Assembly (NCBI GenBank): GCA_035626775.1
Contig: DASPNA010000078.1
Span: 42,771 to 106,770 of the forward strand
Source of the DNA: Thermoanaerobaculia bacterium
GTDB taxonomy: Bacteria > Acidobacteriota > Thermoanaerobaculia > Gp7-AA8
Length of the DNA: 64,000 nt
Direction: 5' to 3'
Shown: positions 49,534-60,423 of the stretch, one piece after another
Layout: the number at the start of each line of letters is the position of its first letter
Position numbering within the stretch: the first letter of the stretch is position 1
Notes under the pieces: model-generated
Told to the model about the DNA's origin: nothing
The model's input: only the letters and a program-made list of their open reading frames with translations
The model's database searches: none
Made by a program: the position numbers and the translations under genes

Positions 49534-52191
49534 ATGCCGGCCCTCGCGATGAAAGAAGAACTCGCCACCCGATACGAGCCGTCCGAATTCGAGCAGCGCA
49601 TCTACGCCTCATGGGAAGAGGGCGGATATTTCACGCCCGTCGCCGACCGCGAGCGGCCGAAGTTCTCGATCGTCATCCCGCCGCCGAACGTCACCGGCCG
49701 GCTGCATATCGGCCACGCCCTCGTGAACACGCTGCAGGACATCATCGTGCGCTGGAAGCGTATGTCGGGCTTCAACACGCTGTGGCTTCCCGGCACCGAC
49801 CACGCCGGCATCGCCACGCAGATGGTCGTCGAAAAGCAGCTCGAGAAAGAAGGCATCTCCCGCTTCGACCTGGGGCGCGAAAAATTCGTCGAGCGCGTCT
49901 GGCAATGGAAGGAACAACACTCCACCGAGATCAAAGACCAGCTCACACGCCTCGGCGCTTCCGCCGATTGGTCGCGCGCGCGCTTTACGCTCGATGAAGG
50001 TCTCTCGCGCGCCGTGCGCTATGTGTTTGTGAAGCTGTACGAGGACGGCCTGATCTATCGCGATCTGGCGATGGTGAACTGGTGCCCGCGTTGCCGCACC
50101 GCGATCTCCGACGTCGAAGTGGAGTTCCGCGAAACGAACGGCAAGCTGTATCACATCGATTACCCGCTCGCCGATTCAGCATCGGGCACGGATCGCCGCC
50201 TGGCCGTTGCCACAACGCGTCCCGAGACGATGCTCGGCGATACCGGCGTGGCCGTGCATCCCGAAGACGAGCGCTATCGCGATCTCATCGGAAAACACGC
50301 GACGCTCCCGATCGTCAATCGCTCCATCCCGATCGTCGCCGATCCGATCCTGGTCGATCGCGAGTTCGGCACCGGCGTCGTGAAAGTCACGCCCGCGCAC
50401 GACAAGAACGACTACGAAGCCGGCCTGCGCAACAATCTTCCGCAGCTTCAGGTCATCGACGAACAAGGACGCATGACCAACGCCGCGGGCGCCGAGTTCA
50501 GCGGCCTCGATCGCAGCGAAGCGCGCGAGAAAGTCGTCGAGCGGTTGCGCGAGCTCGGGCTGCTCATCAAGGTCGAGAGCCACCTGCACAACGTGGCGGT
50601 GCACGAAAAGTGCGACACGCCGATCGAGCCGATGATCTCGCGGCAATGGTTCGTGAAGATCGAGCCGCTCGCGCGTCCCGCCATCGACGCCGTGCGCAAC
50701 GGCGAGGTCACCATCACGCCGCAGGCGTGGGAAGCGACGTACTTCAACTGGATGGAGAACATCCACGACTGGACCATCTCGCGCCAGCTCTGGTGGGGCC
50801 ATCGCATCCCCGCGTTTCATTGCGCGAATGGCCACACCAGCGTGTCCATCGACGATCTCACCACCTGCGCCGAGTGCGGCGCACCAGTCACGCAGGAGAC
50901 CGACGTGCTCGACACGTGGTTCTCGTCCGGACTGTGGCCGTTCTCGACGATGGGCTGGCCCGACGAGGGCTCGCCCGACTATCAAACGTTCTATCCGACC
51001 GACACGCTCATCACCGGTTTCGACATCCTTTTTTTCTGGGTGGCGCGCATGATCATGATGGGCCTGCGCTTCACCGGAAAAGCGCCGTTCTCGCAGGTGT
51101 TCTTGAACGGTCTCGTGCGCGACGAGCAGGGCCGGAAAATGTCGAAGACGATCGGCAACGTCATCGATCCGCTCGACGTCGTGAACGAAGTCGGCGCCGA
51201 CGCGCTCCGCTTCACGCTGGCCGTCAACGCCTCGGGACGCGACATTCCGCTCGGCCGCTCGCGCATCCAGGGTTACTCGGCGTTCGTGAACAAGATCTGG
51301 AACGCGTCGCGCTTCGCGATGATGCATATCGACACGGAGCTGAAGAGCGCCGGCCCGATCGAGCGCGACAATCTCAAGACCGTCGAGCGCTGGATTCTCT
51401 CGCGCCTCAACTCCGTCACGCGCGAAGTGAACAAGCAGCTTTCCGTGTTCCGCTTCGACGAAGCCGCGAACGCGATCTACCAGTTCTTCTGGCACGAGTT
51501 CTGTGACTGGTACATCGAGATGGCCAAGCCCGTGCTCCTCGGCAAGCACGGCACCGATGACGACCGCCGTCTCGCGCGCCGCGTGCTGCTGGAGGTGCTC
51601 GACCGCTCGCTGCGTCTGCTCCATCCGTTCATGCCGTTCGTCACCGAGGAGATCTGGCAGAAGCTCGGCGGCGTCGAGCCGTCGATCATGATCGCGCCGT
51701 ATCCGATCACCGAGGAAGTGCTCGAGGATCCGGATGCCGAGCGGCTGACCAGCGCGGTAAAGGCGATCATCACCACCGTGCGTAATCTGCGCGCGGAGCG
51801 CGGCTTCACGCCGAAGGACCGCTTTACGCTGCACATTCGCGGCAACGATCCACGCGAGTCGAACTTCTTCCGCGAATACGCCTACCTGCTGCTGGAACTG
51901 GCGCGGCTCAACGAAGTGATCGTCGAAGGCACGCCACCCACGGGCGCGCATCAGGACGTCGTCGAAGGCTTCACGATCGCGATCGTGTTCCCGGAGAAAG
52001 TGGTGTCCGAGGAACAGCTCGAAAAGGTACGCCGCGAGATCGAGAAGACGCGCAACGAGCTCGCGTCGATGGATGCGAAGCTCGCCAACGAGCAGTTCGT
52101 GCGCAACGCGCCGCCGCACATCGTGCAGGGCGCGCAGACGCGTCAGGCCGAGCTGCGCGCGCGGCTGGAGACGCTGCAGCAGAATCAATGA
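49534..52191 (+). CDS. valS: Valine--tRNA ligase
   Basis: PPPNVTGRLHIGHA (HIGH) and KMSKT (KMSKS), with a C-terminal coiled coil. Confidence 0.95.
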   Translation: MPALAMKEELATRYEPSEFEQRIYASWEEGGYFTPVADRERPKFSIVIPPPNVTGRLHIGHALVNTLQDIIVRWKRMSGFNTLWLPGTDHAGIATQMVVEKQLEKEGISRFDLGREKFVERVWQWKEQHSTEIKDQLTRLGASADWSRARFTLDEGLSRAVRYVFVKLYEDGLIYRDLAMVNWCPRCRTAISDVEVEFRETNGKLYHIDYPLADSASGTDRRLAVATTRPETMLGDTGVAVHPEDERYRDLIGKHATLPIVNRSIPIVADPILVDREFGTGVVKVTPAHDKNDYEAGLRNNLPQLQVIDEQGRMTNAAGAEFSGLDRSEAREKVVERLRELGLLIKVESHLHNVAVHEKCDTPIEPMISRQWFVKIEPLARPAIDAVRNGEVTITPQAWEATYFNWMENIHDWTISRQLWWGHRIPAFHCANGHTSVSIDDLTTCAECGAPVTQETDVLDTWFSSGLWPFSTMGWPDEGSPDYQTFYPTDTLITGFDILFFWVARMIMMGLRFTGKAPFSQVFLNGLVRDEQGRKMSKTIGNVIDPLDVVNEVGADALRFTLAVNASGRDIPLGRSRIQGYSAFVNKIWNASRFAMMHIDTELKSAGPIERDNLKTVERWILSRLNSVTREVNKQLSVFRFDEAANAIYQFFWHEFCDWYIEMAKPVLLGKHGTDDDRRLARRVLLEVLDRSLRLLHPFMPFVTEEIWQKLGGVEPSIMIAPYPITEEVLEDPDAERLTSAVKAIITTVRNLRAERGFTPKDRFTLHIRGNDPRESNFFREYAYLLLELARLNEVIVEGTPPTGAHQDVVEGFTIAIVFPEKVVSEEQLEKVRREIEKTRNELASMDAKLANEQFVRNAPPHIVQGAQTRQAELRARLETLQQNQ

Positions 52192-52952
52192 TCGACACGA
52201 AGCACATCGTCCCGCGCCTCACGACGATCGAATCGCTCGCGTACATCCCGCGCGTGGCGTCGACGAACCTGATCGGGCGGCGCATCGTGACGGAGTGCGT
52301 GGAGAACGAGCTGTCGCTGCCGCAGGCGATGATCATCGCGGGCGAGCAGTTCGCGGGCCGGGGGCGCAACGAGCGGAGCTGGTCGTCGCCCGCAGGCAAA
52401 GGGATTTACGCGACCACGCTGATCACACGGCCGGCGCAGGAGCTCGCACTCGTGCCGCTCGCGATGGCGAACATCCTGGCCACGTATCTGCGCGAAACGT
52501 TCGCGATCGACGCACGCATCAAGTGGCCGAACGACATCCTCGTCGCGAACAAAAAAATCGCCGGCATTCTCACCGAGGCGCGCGTGCAGGATGAGCGCGC
52601 GTTTCTGATGATCGGCACCGGCATCAATGTCGAGCCGTGGAGTGATGATGCGCGTCCGAGCTCGACATCGATTCGCGAGAACACGTCGCGCACGAGTGAT
52701 GTCGAAACGGCGATCGTCGCGTTTGTCGAGCACGTCGATGCGCAGCTCGCACGGGCGTTCGATCACGATGACGTGCTCGCGCGCTGGCGCGAGATGACGA
52801 TCCATCAACGCGGCGATCGCATTCGCTCCATCCTCGGCGAAAAGACCGTCGACGGCACGTGGTCGCACCTCGATGAAGACGGACGGGCGGTGCTCAATAC
52901 GGCCGATGGTGAGATGGCGGTGAGCGCGGGCGACGTGGTGATTCTCGAATAA
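52188..52952 (+). CDS. birA: Biotin--protein ligase (group I, no HTH)
   Basis: GRGRNERSWSSPAGKGIY. ATGA overlap with valS. Confidence 0.85.
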   Translation: MIDTKHIVPRLTTIESLAYIPRVASTNLIGRRIVTECVENELSLPQAMIIAGEQFAGRGRNERSWSSPAGKGIYATTLITRPAQELALVPLAMANILATYLRETFAIDARIKWPNDILVANKKIAGILTEARVQDERAFLMIGTGINVEPWSDDARPSSTSIRENTSRTSDVETAIVAFVEHVDAQLARAFDHDDVLARWREMTIHQRGDRIRSILGEKTVDGTWSHLDEDGRAVLNTADGEMAVSAGDVVILE

Positions 52953-52966
52953 ACTTCTCCAAGCGA

Positions 52967-53755
52967 ATGTCGTCCAACCTCCTCGTCGTCGATCTCGGCA
53001 ACACGAACATCGTCCTCGGCCTCTATCAGGGCGACGCGCTGGTGAGCTCGTGGCGGCTTGCCACCGCGCGCGAGCGCACCGCCGACGAATACGGCATCCT
53101 CGCCAAACAGCTCATCGGCGACGCGCTCCGCACCCCGCTCGAAGGCGCGATCGTCGCCTCGGTCGTGCCGCCGCTCAACAGCGCGATCACGTTCATGATT
53201 CAGAAGTACTTCAGCATCGATCCGCTGTTCGTCGAGCCGGGCGTGAAGACCGGCATCGCCATTCACGTCGACAACCCGCTCGAAGTCGGCGCCGATCGCA
53301 TCGTCAATTGCGCGGCCGCGCACGACGCATATGGCGGGCCGGCGGTGATCGTCGACTTCGGCACCGCGACCACGTTCGACGTGGTCACCGCGAACGCGGA
53401 GTTCATCGGCGGCGTGATCGCGCCGGGCCTGAACATTTCGGCCGAGGCGTTGTTTGCACGCGCGGCGCGTTTGCCGCGTGTCGATATCCGCCGGCCCGAT
53501 CACGTCATCGGGACGAACACCGTGGTCAACATGCAATCCGGCATCTACTTCGGCTACCTCGGCCTCGTCGACGGCATCCTCGCGCGCATCCGCCGTGAAG
53601 TGCCGGACCTCAAACGCGTCGTCGCCACCGGCGGCCTGGCGTCGCTGTTCGCTGAAGAGAGCGAGCACATCGACGAAGTCGATCCCGAGCTCACGCTGAA
53701 GGGATTGAAGATCATCTACGACCGCAACAGGATTGCGCGCCGCGCACGCAAATGA
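52967..53755 (+). CDS. coaX: Type III pantothenate kinase
   Basis: LLVVDLGNTNIVLGLY and the ...GTAT... block. Confidence 0.85.
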   Translation: MSSNLLVVDLGNTNIVLGLYQGDALVSSWRLATARERTADEYGILAKQLIGDALRTPLEGAIVASVVPPLNSAITFMIQKYFSIDPLFVEPGVKTGIAIHVDNPLEVGADRIVNCAAAHDAYGGPAVIVDFGTATTFDVVTANAEFIGGVIAPGLNISAEALFARAARLPRVDIRRPDHVIGTNTVVNMQSGIYFGYLGLVDGILARIRREVPDLKRVVATGGLASLFAEESEHIDEVDPELTLKGLKIIYDRNRIARRARK

Positions 53756-55305
53756 AACGGGCGCTCATCCTGCTGTTCGCGGCGATGCCGCTGGTTGCGC
53801 AAGTCAACGCGAAGCGTGGTGCGCTTTCGACGGCGCATCCAATCGCGACGAGGGCCGGCCTGAAAGTGCTGCAGCAGGGCGGCACCGCGGCCGACGCGGC
53901 GGTGACCGTCGCCACCGTGCTCGCCGTCGTGCATCCGCAAGCCGGCAACCTCGGCGGCGGCGGCTTTCTCGTTTACTACGACGCAAAAACGCGCGGCGTG
54001 TGGACGCTGGACTTCCGCGAGATCGCACCGCGTGAAGCGGTGCGCGGTGTGTTCGACAAAGTCCCCGCCAGCGGTGCGCGTGCGGCAGGCGTTCCCGGCA
54101 CCGTCGCGGGACTCGACGCGATGCATAAGAAGTTCGGCGCGCGTCCGTGGAAAGAACTGCTCGCGCCCGCGGTCTCCGTTGCACGTGATGGCGCACGAAA
54201 GGATGCAGAGCTCGCGGCGGACATCGCCGATGCGACGCGCGATCGCAAGCTCGATCTCCCGAAGACGCTGCCGGCGCCGGAGCTAGCGGCAACGTTGCAG
54301 CGGCTGGCCGATCACGGCGCGCGCGATTTTTACAGCGGCACGATCGCGAAGAAACTGATCGAAGGCGTGCGTGCGGGTGGCGGCGTCTTCGGCTTCCGCG
54401 ATCTGCACGAATACGAGCCGGTGTGGCGCGCGCCGATCAAGCTGCGCTACGGCGCGTACGAAATCTACACCGTCGCTCCACCATCCGGCGGCGGAATCGT
54501 CCTCGGCGAAACTCTGAACATCCTCGCCAACGACGACCTCTCGGCGCTCGGCTTTCAGACGAAGGCGTCGCTGCACCTGCTGGTCGAGGCGCAACGCCGC
54601 GCCGGCATCGATCGCGAACGTTACATCGGCGATCCGCTCGGCGCGCGCATCCCCTATCGCGATCTGCTCTCCCAGCAACGCGCGGAGAAGTGGCGCAAGA
54701 CCATCGACGCGAATCGCGCCATCGCCACGAGCGTGCTGGCCGAACCGCAACAGCTCGCCGCGGAAGGCGAGCACACGACGCACTTCACGATCGCCGATGC
54801 GCAAGGCAACGTCGTCTCGTTCACCACCAGTCTCGGCGAGAACTTCGGCAGCGGTTTTCTGGTCCCGGAGCTCGGCTTCTTTCTGAACGACGCGCTCACC
54901 GATTTCACGACCGGCGCGAATGCACTCGATCCCGGCAAGCGGCCGGCCACGTCGATGTCGCCCGTGATCGTGCTGCGCGATGGAAAGCCGTTTCTGGCCA
55001 TCGGCACGCGCGGCGGCACCGCCGTTCCGACGACCATTCTGCAGGTCTTTCTGAATGTCGTCGTGTACGGCAAGTCGCTGCCCGCCGCGATCGCCGCGCC
55101 GCGCTATCACCACGGCGGCATGCCGGACGAGCTGGCGTACGAGCTCGATCGGACGCCGCAGCCGATGCTCGAATCGCTGCATGCGATGGGACACGGAGTG
55201 AACGCGCGCAAGTCCATTGGTGACGTCCACGCGATCCTGTTCGAGAATGGCCGCCTCATTGCCGTCGCCGATCCGCGGCGACCCGGCGCAGCGGGAGGAT
55301 ATTGA
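53752..55305 (+). CDS. ggt: Gamma-glutamyltranspeptidase
   Basis: Signal peptide, then TTHFTIADAQGNVVSFTTSLGENFGSG (catalytic Thr region). Confidence 0.85.
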   Translation: MKRALILLFAAMPLVAQVNAKRGALSTAHPIATRAGLKVLQQGGTAADAAVTVATVLAVVHPQAGNLGGGGFLVYYDAKTRGVWTLDFREIAPREAVRGVFDKVPASGARAAGVPGTVAGLDAMHKKFGARPWKELLAPAVSVARDGARKDAELAADIADATRDRKLDLPKTLPAPELAATLQRLADHGARDFYSGTIAKKLIEGVRAGGGVFGFRDLHEYEPVWRAPIKLRYGAYEIYTVAPPSGGGIVLGETLNILANDDLSALGFQTKASLHLLVEAQRRAGIDRERYIGDPLGARIPYRDLLSQQRAEKWRKTIDANRAIATSVLAEPQQLAAEGEHTTHFTIADAQGNVVSFTTSLGENFGSGFLVPELGFFLNDALTDFTTGANALDPGKRPATSMSPVIVLRDGKPFLAIGTRGGTAVPTTILQVFLNVVVYGKSLPAAIAAPRYHHGGMPDELAYELDRTPQPMLESLHAMGHGVNARKSIGDVHAILFENGRLIAVADPRRPGAAGGY

Positions 55306-55979
55306 TGTCGTTGAAGATCGAGGCGGCGCGCGCCGCACTGCAGGAAGTGCGCTCCGGGATGTCGCTCGGCCTCGGCACGGGCACCACGGCCAACGAGTTC
55401 GTCAAGCTCCTCGGACAGGCATTACGCGACGGCACTCTGCGCGACATCCGTTGCACGTGCACTTCGGAAAACACGGAAGCGCTCGCACGCGAGGTAGCGG
55501 TGCCGACGTTTCCGCTCTTCGACATCGTGCCGCTCGACGTCGCGGTCGATGGGGCGGACGAAATCGATGCGCAACTACGCCTCATCAAAGGCCGCGGCGG
55601 CGCGCTGTTGCGCGAGAAGATCGTCGAGCAGCAGGCCAAGCGTTTCATCGTCATCGCGGACGAGTCGAAGATCGTCGACAAGCTCGGCGCCGGATCGCTG
55701 CCCGTGGAAGTGACGCCGTTCGCGCGCGAGGTGCTGGAGCGGCGCTTTCACGAAATGGGACTGGCGCCCGTGCTGCGCATGCATGACGGCTCACCGCGCG
55801 TGACTGATGAAGGACATCTCATCCTCGACGTGAGCGTCCCGAGGAACGCCGACATCGCCGATGTCGTGGCGCGCATTCGCGAGCATGCGGGCGTCGTCGA
55901 GACCGGCTTTTTCCCGCATGAAGCGACGGAAGCGATCATCGCCGCGAGCAACGGCATCCGTCGCGTCAAGCGGCCTTAG
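55302..55979 (+). CDS. rpiA: Ribose-5-phosphate isomerase A
   Basis: GLGTGTTA, DGADE and KGRGGALLREK. Confidence 0.9.
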   Translation: MMSLKIEAARAALQEVRSGMSLGLGTGTTANEFVKLLGQALRDGTLRDIRCTCTSENTEALAREVAVPTFPLFDIVPLDVAVDGADEIDAQLRLIKGRGGALLREKIVEQQAKRFIVIADESKIVDKLGAGSLPVEVTPFAREVLERRFHEMGLAPVLRMHDGSPRVTDEGHLILDVSVPRNADIADVVARIREHAGVVETGFFPHEATEAIIAASNGIRRVKRP

Positions 55980-56562
55980 TCTTCCGCACGTTGACCTCGA
56001 ATTTCCACTGGTGCTTGGCGTACCAGAACGAGACGTTGGAGACGTACGGCGTCTTCAGCGGCTTGTCGATCTTCGTTTCGAACAGTGGATACAGCGCGCG
56101 CGGATTGTCGTAGTGCCACACGAGCTCCGCGTGACCGACCGTTTCTTCGCTGGGATGTCTGACGAAGTTGCGCAGACCGTCGTAGACCTTCTCGCAGATC
56201 TGCGCGCGATAGACGGGACCGCGATGACTGGGCGCGGTGCCGAGAATCGGGAAGCCTTTCTTGGTGACCTTGGCGATGTATTCGGCGGAATCCGAGGTCA
56301 CGGTTTCCGTGACGGTGATGAGGCCTTCGCGCTCCAGGTTGCGCAGCGTGCGCACGGCTTTCTCGTCGTACTCGTCCTTGGGCGCCTTCGGCGTCCACCA
56401 CACGCGTTGCGGCACCTCGGCGTACACAGGTTCCCGCTTGAACATCCAGCTGGAGACGATCTCCTTCGCCTTCGCCTCGGTGAGAGGCTCCCTCTTCTGG
56501 CAGCCGGCCAGCGCAATCAGCACGCTCAGCAGCACCATCACTCGACACGTCATTCTGCGCAT
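55966..56562 (-). CDS. Lipoprotein, hypothetical
   Basis: MRRMTCRVMVLLSVLIALAGCQ (lipobox LAGC). Confidence 0.55.
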   Translation of the reverse strand: MRRMTCRVMVLLSVLIALAGCQKREPLTEAKAKEIVSSWMFKREPVYAEVPQRVWWTPKAPKDEYDEKAVRTLRNLEREGLITVTETVTSDSAEYIAKVTKKGFPILGTAPSHRGPVYRAQICEKVYDGLRNFVRHPSEETVGHAELVWHYDNPRALYPLFETKIDKPLKTPYVSNVSFWYAKHQWKFEVNVRKTKAA

Positions 56563-56620
56563 GCACGCTTTGTAGCAAACACATCGCCATGCTGTCGCGG
56601 ATTTGGTTATGCTTCGCCCC

Positions 56621-57202
56621 ATGAGTCAGAAAGCCCTCACCATTCCGTCCGTCGTGGTCGACCGCCTGGTGCGCGGCCGCGCTGTCGCCGACATGCTGCT
56701 CGTGATCGGTGCAAGCGCGTTGATCGCGATCGCGGCGCAAGTGGCGATTCCGCTTCCCTTCACGCCGGTCCCGCTGACGCTGCAGCCGCTCGCGGTGATC
56801 TTCATCGGCGTCGCACTCGGATCGACGCGCGGCGCGGCCGCCGCGGCCCTCTATCTGCTCGAAGGCTTCAGCGGATTGCCCGTTTTCGCCGAAGGACACG
56901 GCGGGCCGCTATGGCTCATCGGCGCAACCGCCGGTTTTCTCTACTCGTATCCGTTCGCGGCGTGGGTCGCCGGTTTCGTGTCTGAGCGCGGCTGGGGCTC
57001 TTCGCTTCTTCGCGCTGTGACCGGCATGCTGCTCGCGCTCGGCGTGATCTACCTCGGCGGCTGGTCGTGGCTGGCGATGATGACCGACGCGCGCACCGCC
57101 TTCGCACTCGGCGTTGCTCCGTTCGTACTTGCCGACATCGTGAAGGTTGCAATCGGCGCGGCGCTGCTGCCAAAGGCGCAACAGATCCTTTCGCGCGTCT
57201 GA
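56621..57202 (+). CDS. bioY: Biotin transporter, BioY family
   Basis: Six-TM BioY-like profile (…IPLPFTPVPLTLQPLAVIFIGV…). Confidence 0.8.
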   Translation: MSQKALTIPSVVVDRLVRGRAVADMLLVIGASALIAIAAQVAIPLPFTPVPLTLQPLAVIFIGVALGSTRGAAAAALYLLEGFSGLPVFAEGHGGPLWLIGATAGFLYSYPFAAWVAGFVSERGWGSSLLRAVTGMLLALGVIYLGGWSWLAMMTDARTAFALGVAPFVLADIVKVAIGAALLPKAQQILSRV

Positions 57203-57203
57203 T

Positions 57204-57294
57204 CCCCTCATCCGGCGCCTTCGGCCACCTTCGCCCCGCGCCGCGGGGCGAAGGCTACGAGGCGCGTGCCAAGGTGCCGAAGGCGGATGAGGGG
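57204..57294. repeat. Palindromic element family 4, compact variant
   Basis: cccctcatccg gcgccttcggccaccttcgccccgcgccgcggggcgaaggctac ... cggatgagggg. Confidence 0.7.
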
Positions 57295-57298
57295 TGTG

Positions 57299-59761
57299 CT
57301 ACGCCTGCCCCACCGGCACGTGATCGTGGGTCGCCGGTTCCGGCTCCGGCAGCGGATGTGATTCCCGTCCTGCGCGGTCCGTCGTCTTCTGCTCCGCCGC
57401 GTCCTTCGCCAGCAGCGCGATCTGCAGCACGTCTTCGACGTGTTCCACGAAGTGGAACGTCATGTCGCGCTTGATCGGTTCAGGCACGTCGACGAGATCG
57501 CGCTCGTTGAGCTTCGGCAGGATCACGGTGTTGAGCTTCGCCGCACGCGCCGCGAGTACTTTTTCCTTCACGCCTCCGATCGGCAGCACGTCGCCGCGCA
57601 GCGTCACCTCGCCCGTCATCGCCACGTTGCGGCGCACGGGACGTCCGGTGAGCACTGAGATGATCGCGGTCGTAATGGTGATGCCGGCGGACGGTCCGTC
57701 CTTCGGAATCGCACCGGCCGGAACGTGGATGTGAATGTCGTGCGTCTCGAAGTAATCCGGCGGAATTCCGTTCTCGTCCGCATGCGCGCGCGCATACGTC
57801 AGCGCAGCCTGCGCCGATTCCTTCATCACGTCGCCGAGTTGTCCTGTTAGTGAAAGCTTCCCTTTGCCGCGCACCGCCGTGACTTCGATGAAGAGGATGT
57901 CGCCGCCGACCGCGGTCCACGCCAGTCCCGTCGCCACGCCGACCTGATCGCGCTCGAGCAGCTCCTCCGCGAAGTGCTTCATCGGTCCGAGGTATTTGTC
58001 GATATTCGCGTCGGTGATGCGGTAGTTCTGCTCGTTCTTTCCTTCCGCGACCTGCACCGCGATCTTGCGGCAGATCGTGCCGATCTCGCGCTCGAGATTG
58101 CGCAGTCCCGCTTCCTTCGTGTATCCGGTGGTGATGCGCATGATCCCGGAGTCGGTCCAGGTGACCGGCACGTCCTTGATGCCGTTCTCCTCCATCTGCT
58201 TCGGGATGATGTGCGTCTTGGCGATCATCAGCTTCTCCTCGTCCGTGTAGCCGGAGAGGCGGATGACTTCCATGCGATCGAGGAACGCCGGCTGAATGGT
58301 GTCGAGCACGTTCGCCGTGACGATGAACATCACGTTCGAGAGGTCGTACGGCACGCCGAGGTAGTGATCGCGGAAGGAGAAGTTCTGTTCGGGGTCGAGC
58401 ACTTCGAGCAGCGCCGAGGAAGGATCGCCGCGATAGTCGGCGCCGATCTTGTCGACCTCGTCGAGCATGAACACCGGATTGCCGGTCTGCGCCTGGTTGA
58501 TGCCCTGGATGATGCGGCCGGGCAGCGCGCCGACGTACGTGCGGCGATGTCCGCGGATTTCCGCTTCATCGCGCACGCCGCCGAGGGAGATGCGCACGAA
58601 CTTGCGATCGAGGGCACGCGCGATCGAGCGGCCGAGTGATGTCTTGCCGACACCGGGAGGTCCGACGAAGCAGAGGATCGGTCCTTTCATCTTCTGACCA
58701 CGCAGCTTGCGCACCGCCAGATATTCGAGGATGCGTTCCTTGATCTTCTCGAGGTCGTAGTGATCTTCGTCGAGCACGCCGCGGGCGCGCGCGAGATCGT
58801 GATTGTCGGCGGACTGCACGCCCCAGGGGAGGCCGGTCATCCAATCGAGATACGTGCGGATGATCGACGTCTCGGCGGAATCGGGATGCGAGCGCTCCAG
58901 CCGCTTGATCTGTTTCTCGATCTCCTCCTTCGCTTCGCCGGGGATGGACTTCTCTTCGATCTTCTTCCGATAGTTCTCGACTTCTTCCGCGAGCTCTTCG
59001 CCTTCGCCGAGCTCCGACTGGATGGCCTTGAGCTGCTGCCGCAGGAAGTACTCGCGCTGCGACTTGTTCATCTCGCCCTGCGCCGCGGACGAGATCTCCT
59101 GCTGCATGGTGAGCAGGTTGATCTCGCGCGTCAGCATCTCGTTGACTTTCTTGAGGCGCTCGACGGGATCGATTGTTTCGAGAATGCCTTGCGCTTCTTC
59201 GAGCTTGAGGTCGAGGTTCGACGCGGCGAGGTCCGTCAATCGCGCCGGATCGTCGAGGTTCGCCGCGATCACCATCACCTCGGGCGAAATGTTCTTGCCG
59301 AGCGAAACCGCGCGATCGAGATTCTGCTTCACGGCGCGGATGAGCGCTTCGACCTCCAGGCCCTTGTCCTTGGTCACCGGCTCTTCGATGCGCGTGATCT
59401 TCGCTTTGAAGAACGGCGCGGTCTGGATGAAGTAATCGATGCGCGCGCGGGAGAGACCCTGCACCAGGATGCGGATGCGGCCGTCCGGCAGCTTGAGCAT
59501 GCGCATGATGATGGCCACGGTGCCGGTGCGATAAACGTCTTCCTCGCCGGGGTCCTCGTTCTGAAAGTCCTTCTGCGCCGTGAGCATGATGACGCGGTTC
59601 TCGGCCAGCGCCTGATCGACCGCGTTGATCGACTTCTCCCGCGAGACCGAGAGCGGCACGATGATGAACGGAAAGATCACCAGGTCCTTCAGCGGCAGCA
59701 CCGGCAGGACGTCCGGAATCTTGATGGCTTCTTCTTTCGCGGTTTCGTTCGCGTCGGTCAT
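57299..59761 (-). CDS. lon: ATP-dependent Lon protease
   Basis: LON N-domain; GPPGVGKTSL Walker A; C-terminal S16 protease with PKDGPSAG. Confidence 0.95.
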   Translation of the reverse strand: MTDANETAKEEAIKIPDVLPVLPLKDLVIFPFIIVPLSVSREKSINAVDQALAENRVIMLTAQKDFQNEDPGEEDVYRTGTVAIIMRMLKLPDGRIRILVQGLSRARIDYFIQTAPFFKAKITRIEEPVTKDKGLEVEALIRAVKQNLDRAVSLGKNISPEVMVIAANLDDPARLTDLAASNLDLKLEEAQGILETIDPVERLKKVNEMLTREINLLTMQQEISSAAQGEMNKSQREYFLRQQLKAIQSELGEGEELAEEVENYRKKIEEKSIPGEAKEEIEKQIKRLERSHPDSAETSIIRTYLDWMTGLPWGVQSADNHDLARARGVLDEDHYDLEKIKERILEYLAVRKLRGQKMKGPILCFVGPPGVGKTSLGRSIARALDRKFVRISLGGVRDEAEIRGHRRTYVGALPGRIIQGINQAQTGNPVFMLDEVDKIGADYRGDPSSALLEVLDPEQNFSFRDHYLGVPYDLSNVMFIVTANVLDTIQPAFLDRMEVIRLSGYTDEEKLMIAKTHIIPKQMEENGIKDVPVTWTDSGIMRITTGYTKEAGLRNLEREIGTICRKIAVQVAEGKNEQNYRITDANIDKYLGPMKHFAEELLERDQVGVATGLAWTAVGGDILFIEVTAVRGKGKLSLTGQLGDVMKESAQAALTYARAHADENGIPPDYFETHDIHIHVPAGAIPKDGPSAGITITTAIISVLTGRPVRRNVAMTGEVTLRGDVLPIGGVKEKVLAARAAKLNTVILPKLNERDLVDVPEPIKRDMTFHFVEHVEDVLQIALLAKDAAEQKTTDRAGRESHPLPEPEPATHDHVPVGQA

Positions 59762-59826
59762 TCAATCCTCACAAATTCGCGGGAGAACCATGCGGCGGGT
59801 TCTGCAATGGCTGTTCCCGTAGTTGA

Positions 59827-59850
59827 GTACCTCGGAACTCCGAGGAACCG
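59827..59850. repeat. Palindromic element family 1, minimal copy
   Basis: gtaCCTCGGaactCCGAGGaaccg. Confidence 0.5.
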
Positions 59851-59852
59851 TT

Positions 59853-60299
59853 TCATTTCAACCGGTGTAACTCCTTTACGAACGCATCGACGTCCTCGAA
59901 CCGGCGATACACCGATGCGAATCGGACGTACGCGACCGGGTCGAGATCGCGCAATCGATCCATGACCAGCGTGCCGAGCGCCTGCGACGAGATCTCGCGC
60001 TCGGAGGTGTCGGACATGGCCGACTCGATGTTGTCTGCGATGCGTTCGAGCTCCGCCTGCGGCACGGGCCGTTTGCGGCACGCGATCTGGAGCCCACGCA
60101 TGAGCTTATTACGCTCGTAGGCCTCGCGGCGTTGATCGCGCTTCACGACCTGGAACGTCGGCAGCTCGATCTTCTCGTAACTGGTGAAGCGGCGCTCGCA
60201 GCGGGCGCACTCGCGCCGGCGACGGATGACCTCTCCTTCGCGCCCCTCGCGCGAGTCCACCACGCGGTCTTCGAGATTCCCGCAGAACGGGCACCGCAT
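59853..60299 (-). CDS. nrdR: Transcriptional repressor NrdR
   Basis: MRCPFCG...CARCERRFTSYE zinc ribbon plus an ATP-cone. Confidence 0.9.
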   Translation of the reverse strand: MRCPFCGNLEDRVVDSREGREGEVIRRRRECARCERRFTSYEKIELPTFQVVKRDQRREAYERNKLMRGLQIACRKRPVPQAELERIADNIESAMSDTSEREISSQALGTLVMDRLRDLDPVAYVRFASVYRRFEDVDAFVKELHRLK

Positions 60300-60325
60300 A
60301 ATCGGCGCGGTATATCACACGGAGG

Positions 60326-60423
60326 GAGTTCCTCGGGTTCCTCGGTTCCTCGGAGGGGAACGCGATGTGATGCTCCTCCCCTCCGAGGGACCCGAGGTAC
60401 TCCGAGGAACCCGAGGAACTCAC
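60326..60423. repeat. Palindromic element family 1
   Basis: gagttcctcgggttcctcggttcctcggaggggaa ... ccctccgagggacccgaggtactccgaggaacccgaggaactc. Confidence 0.75.
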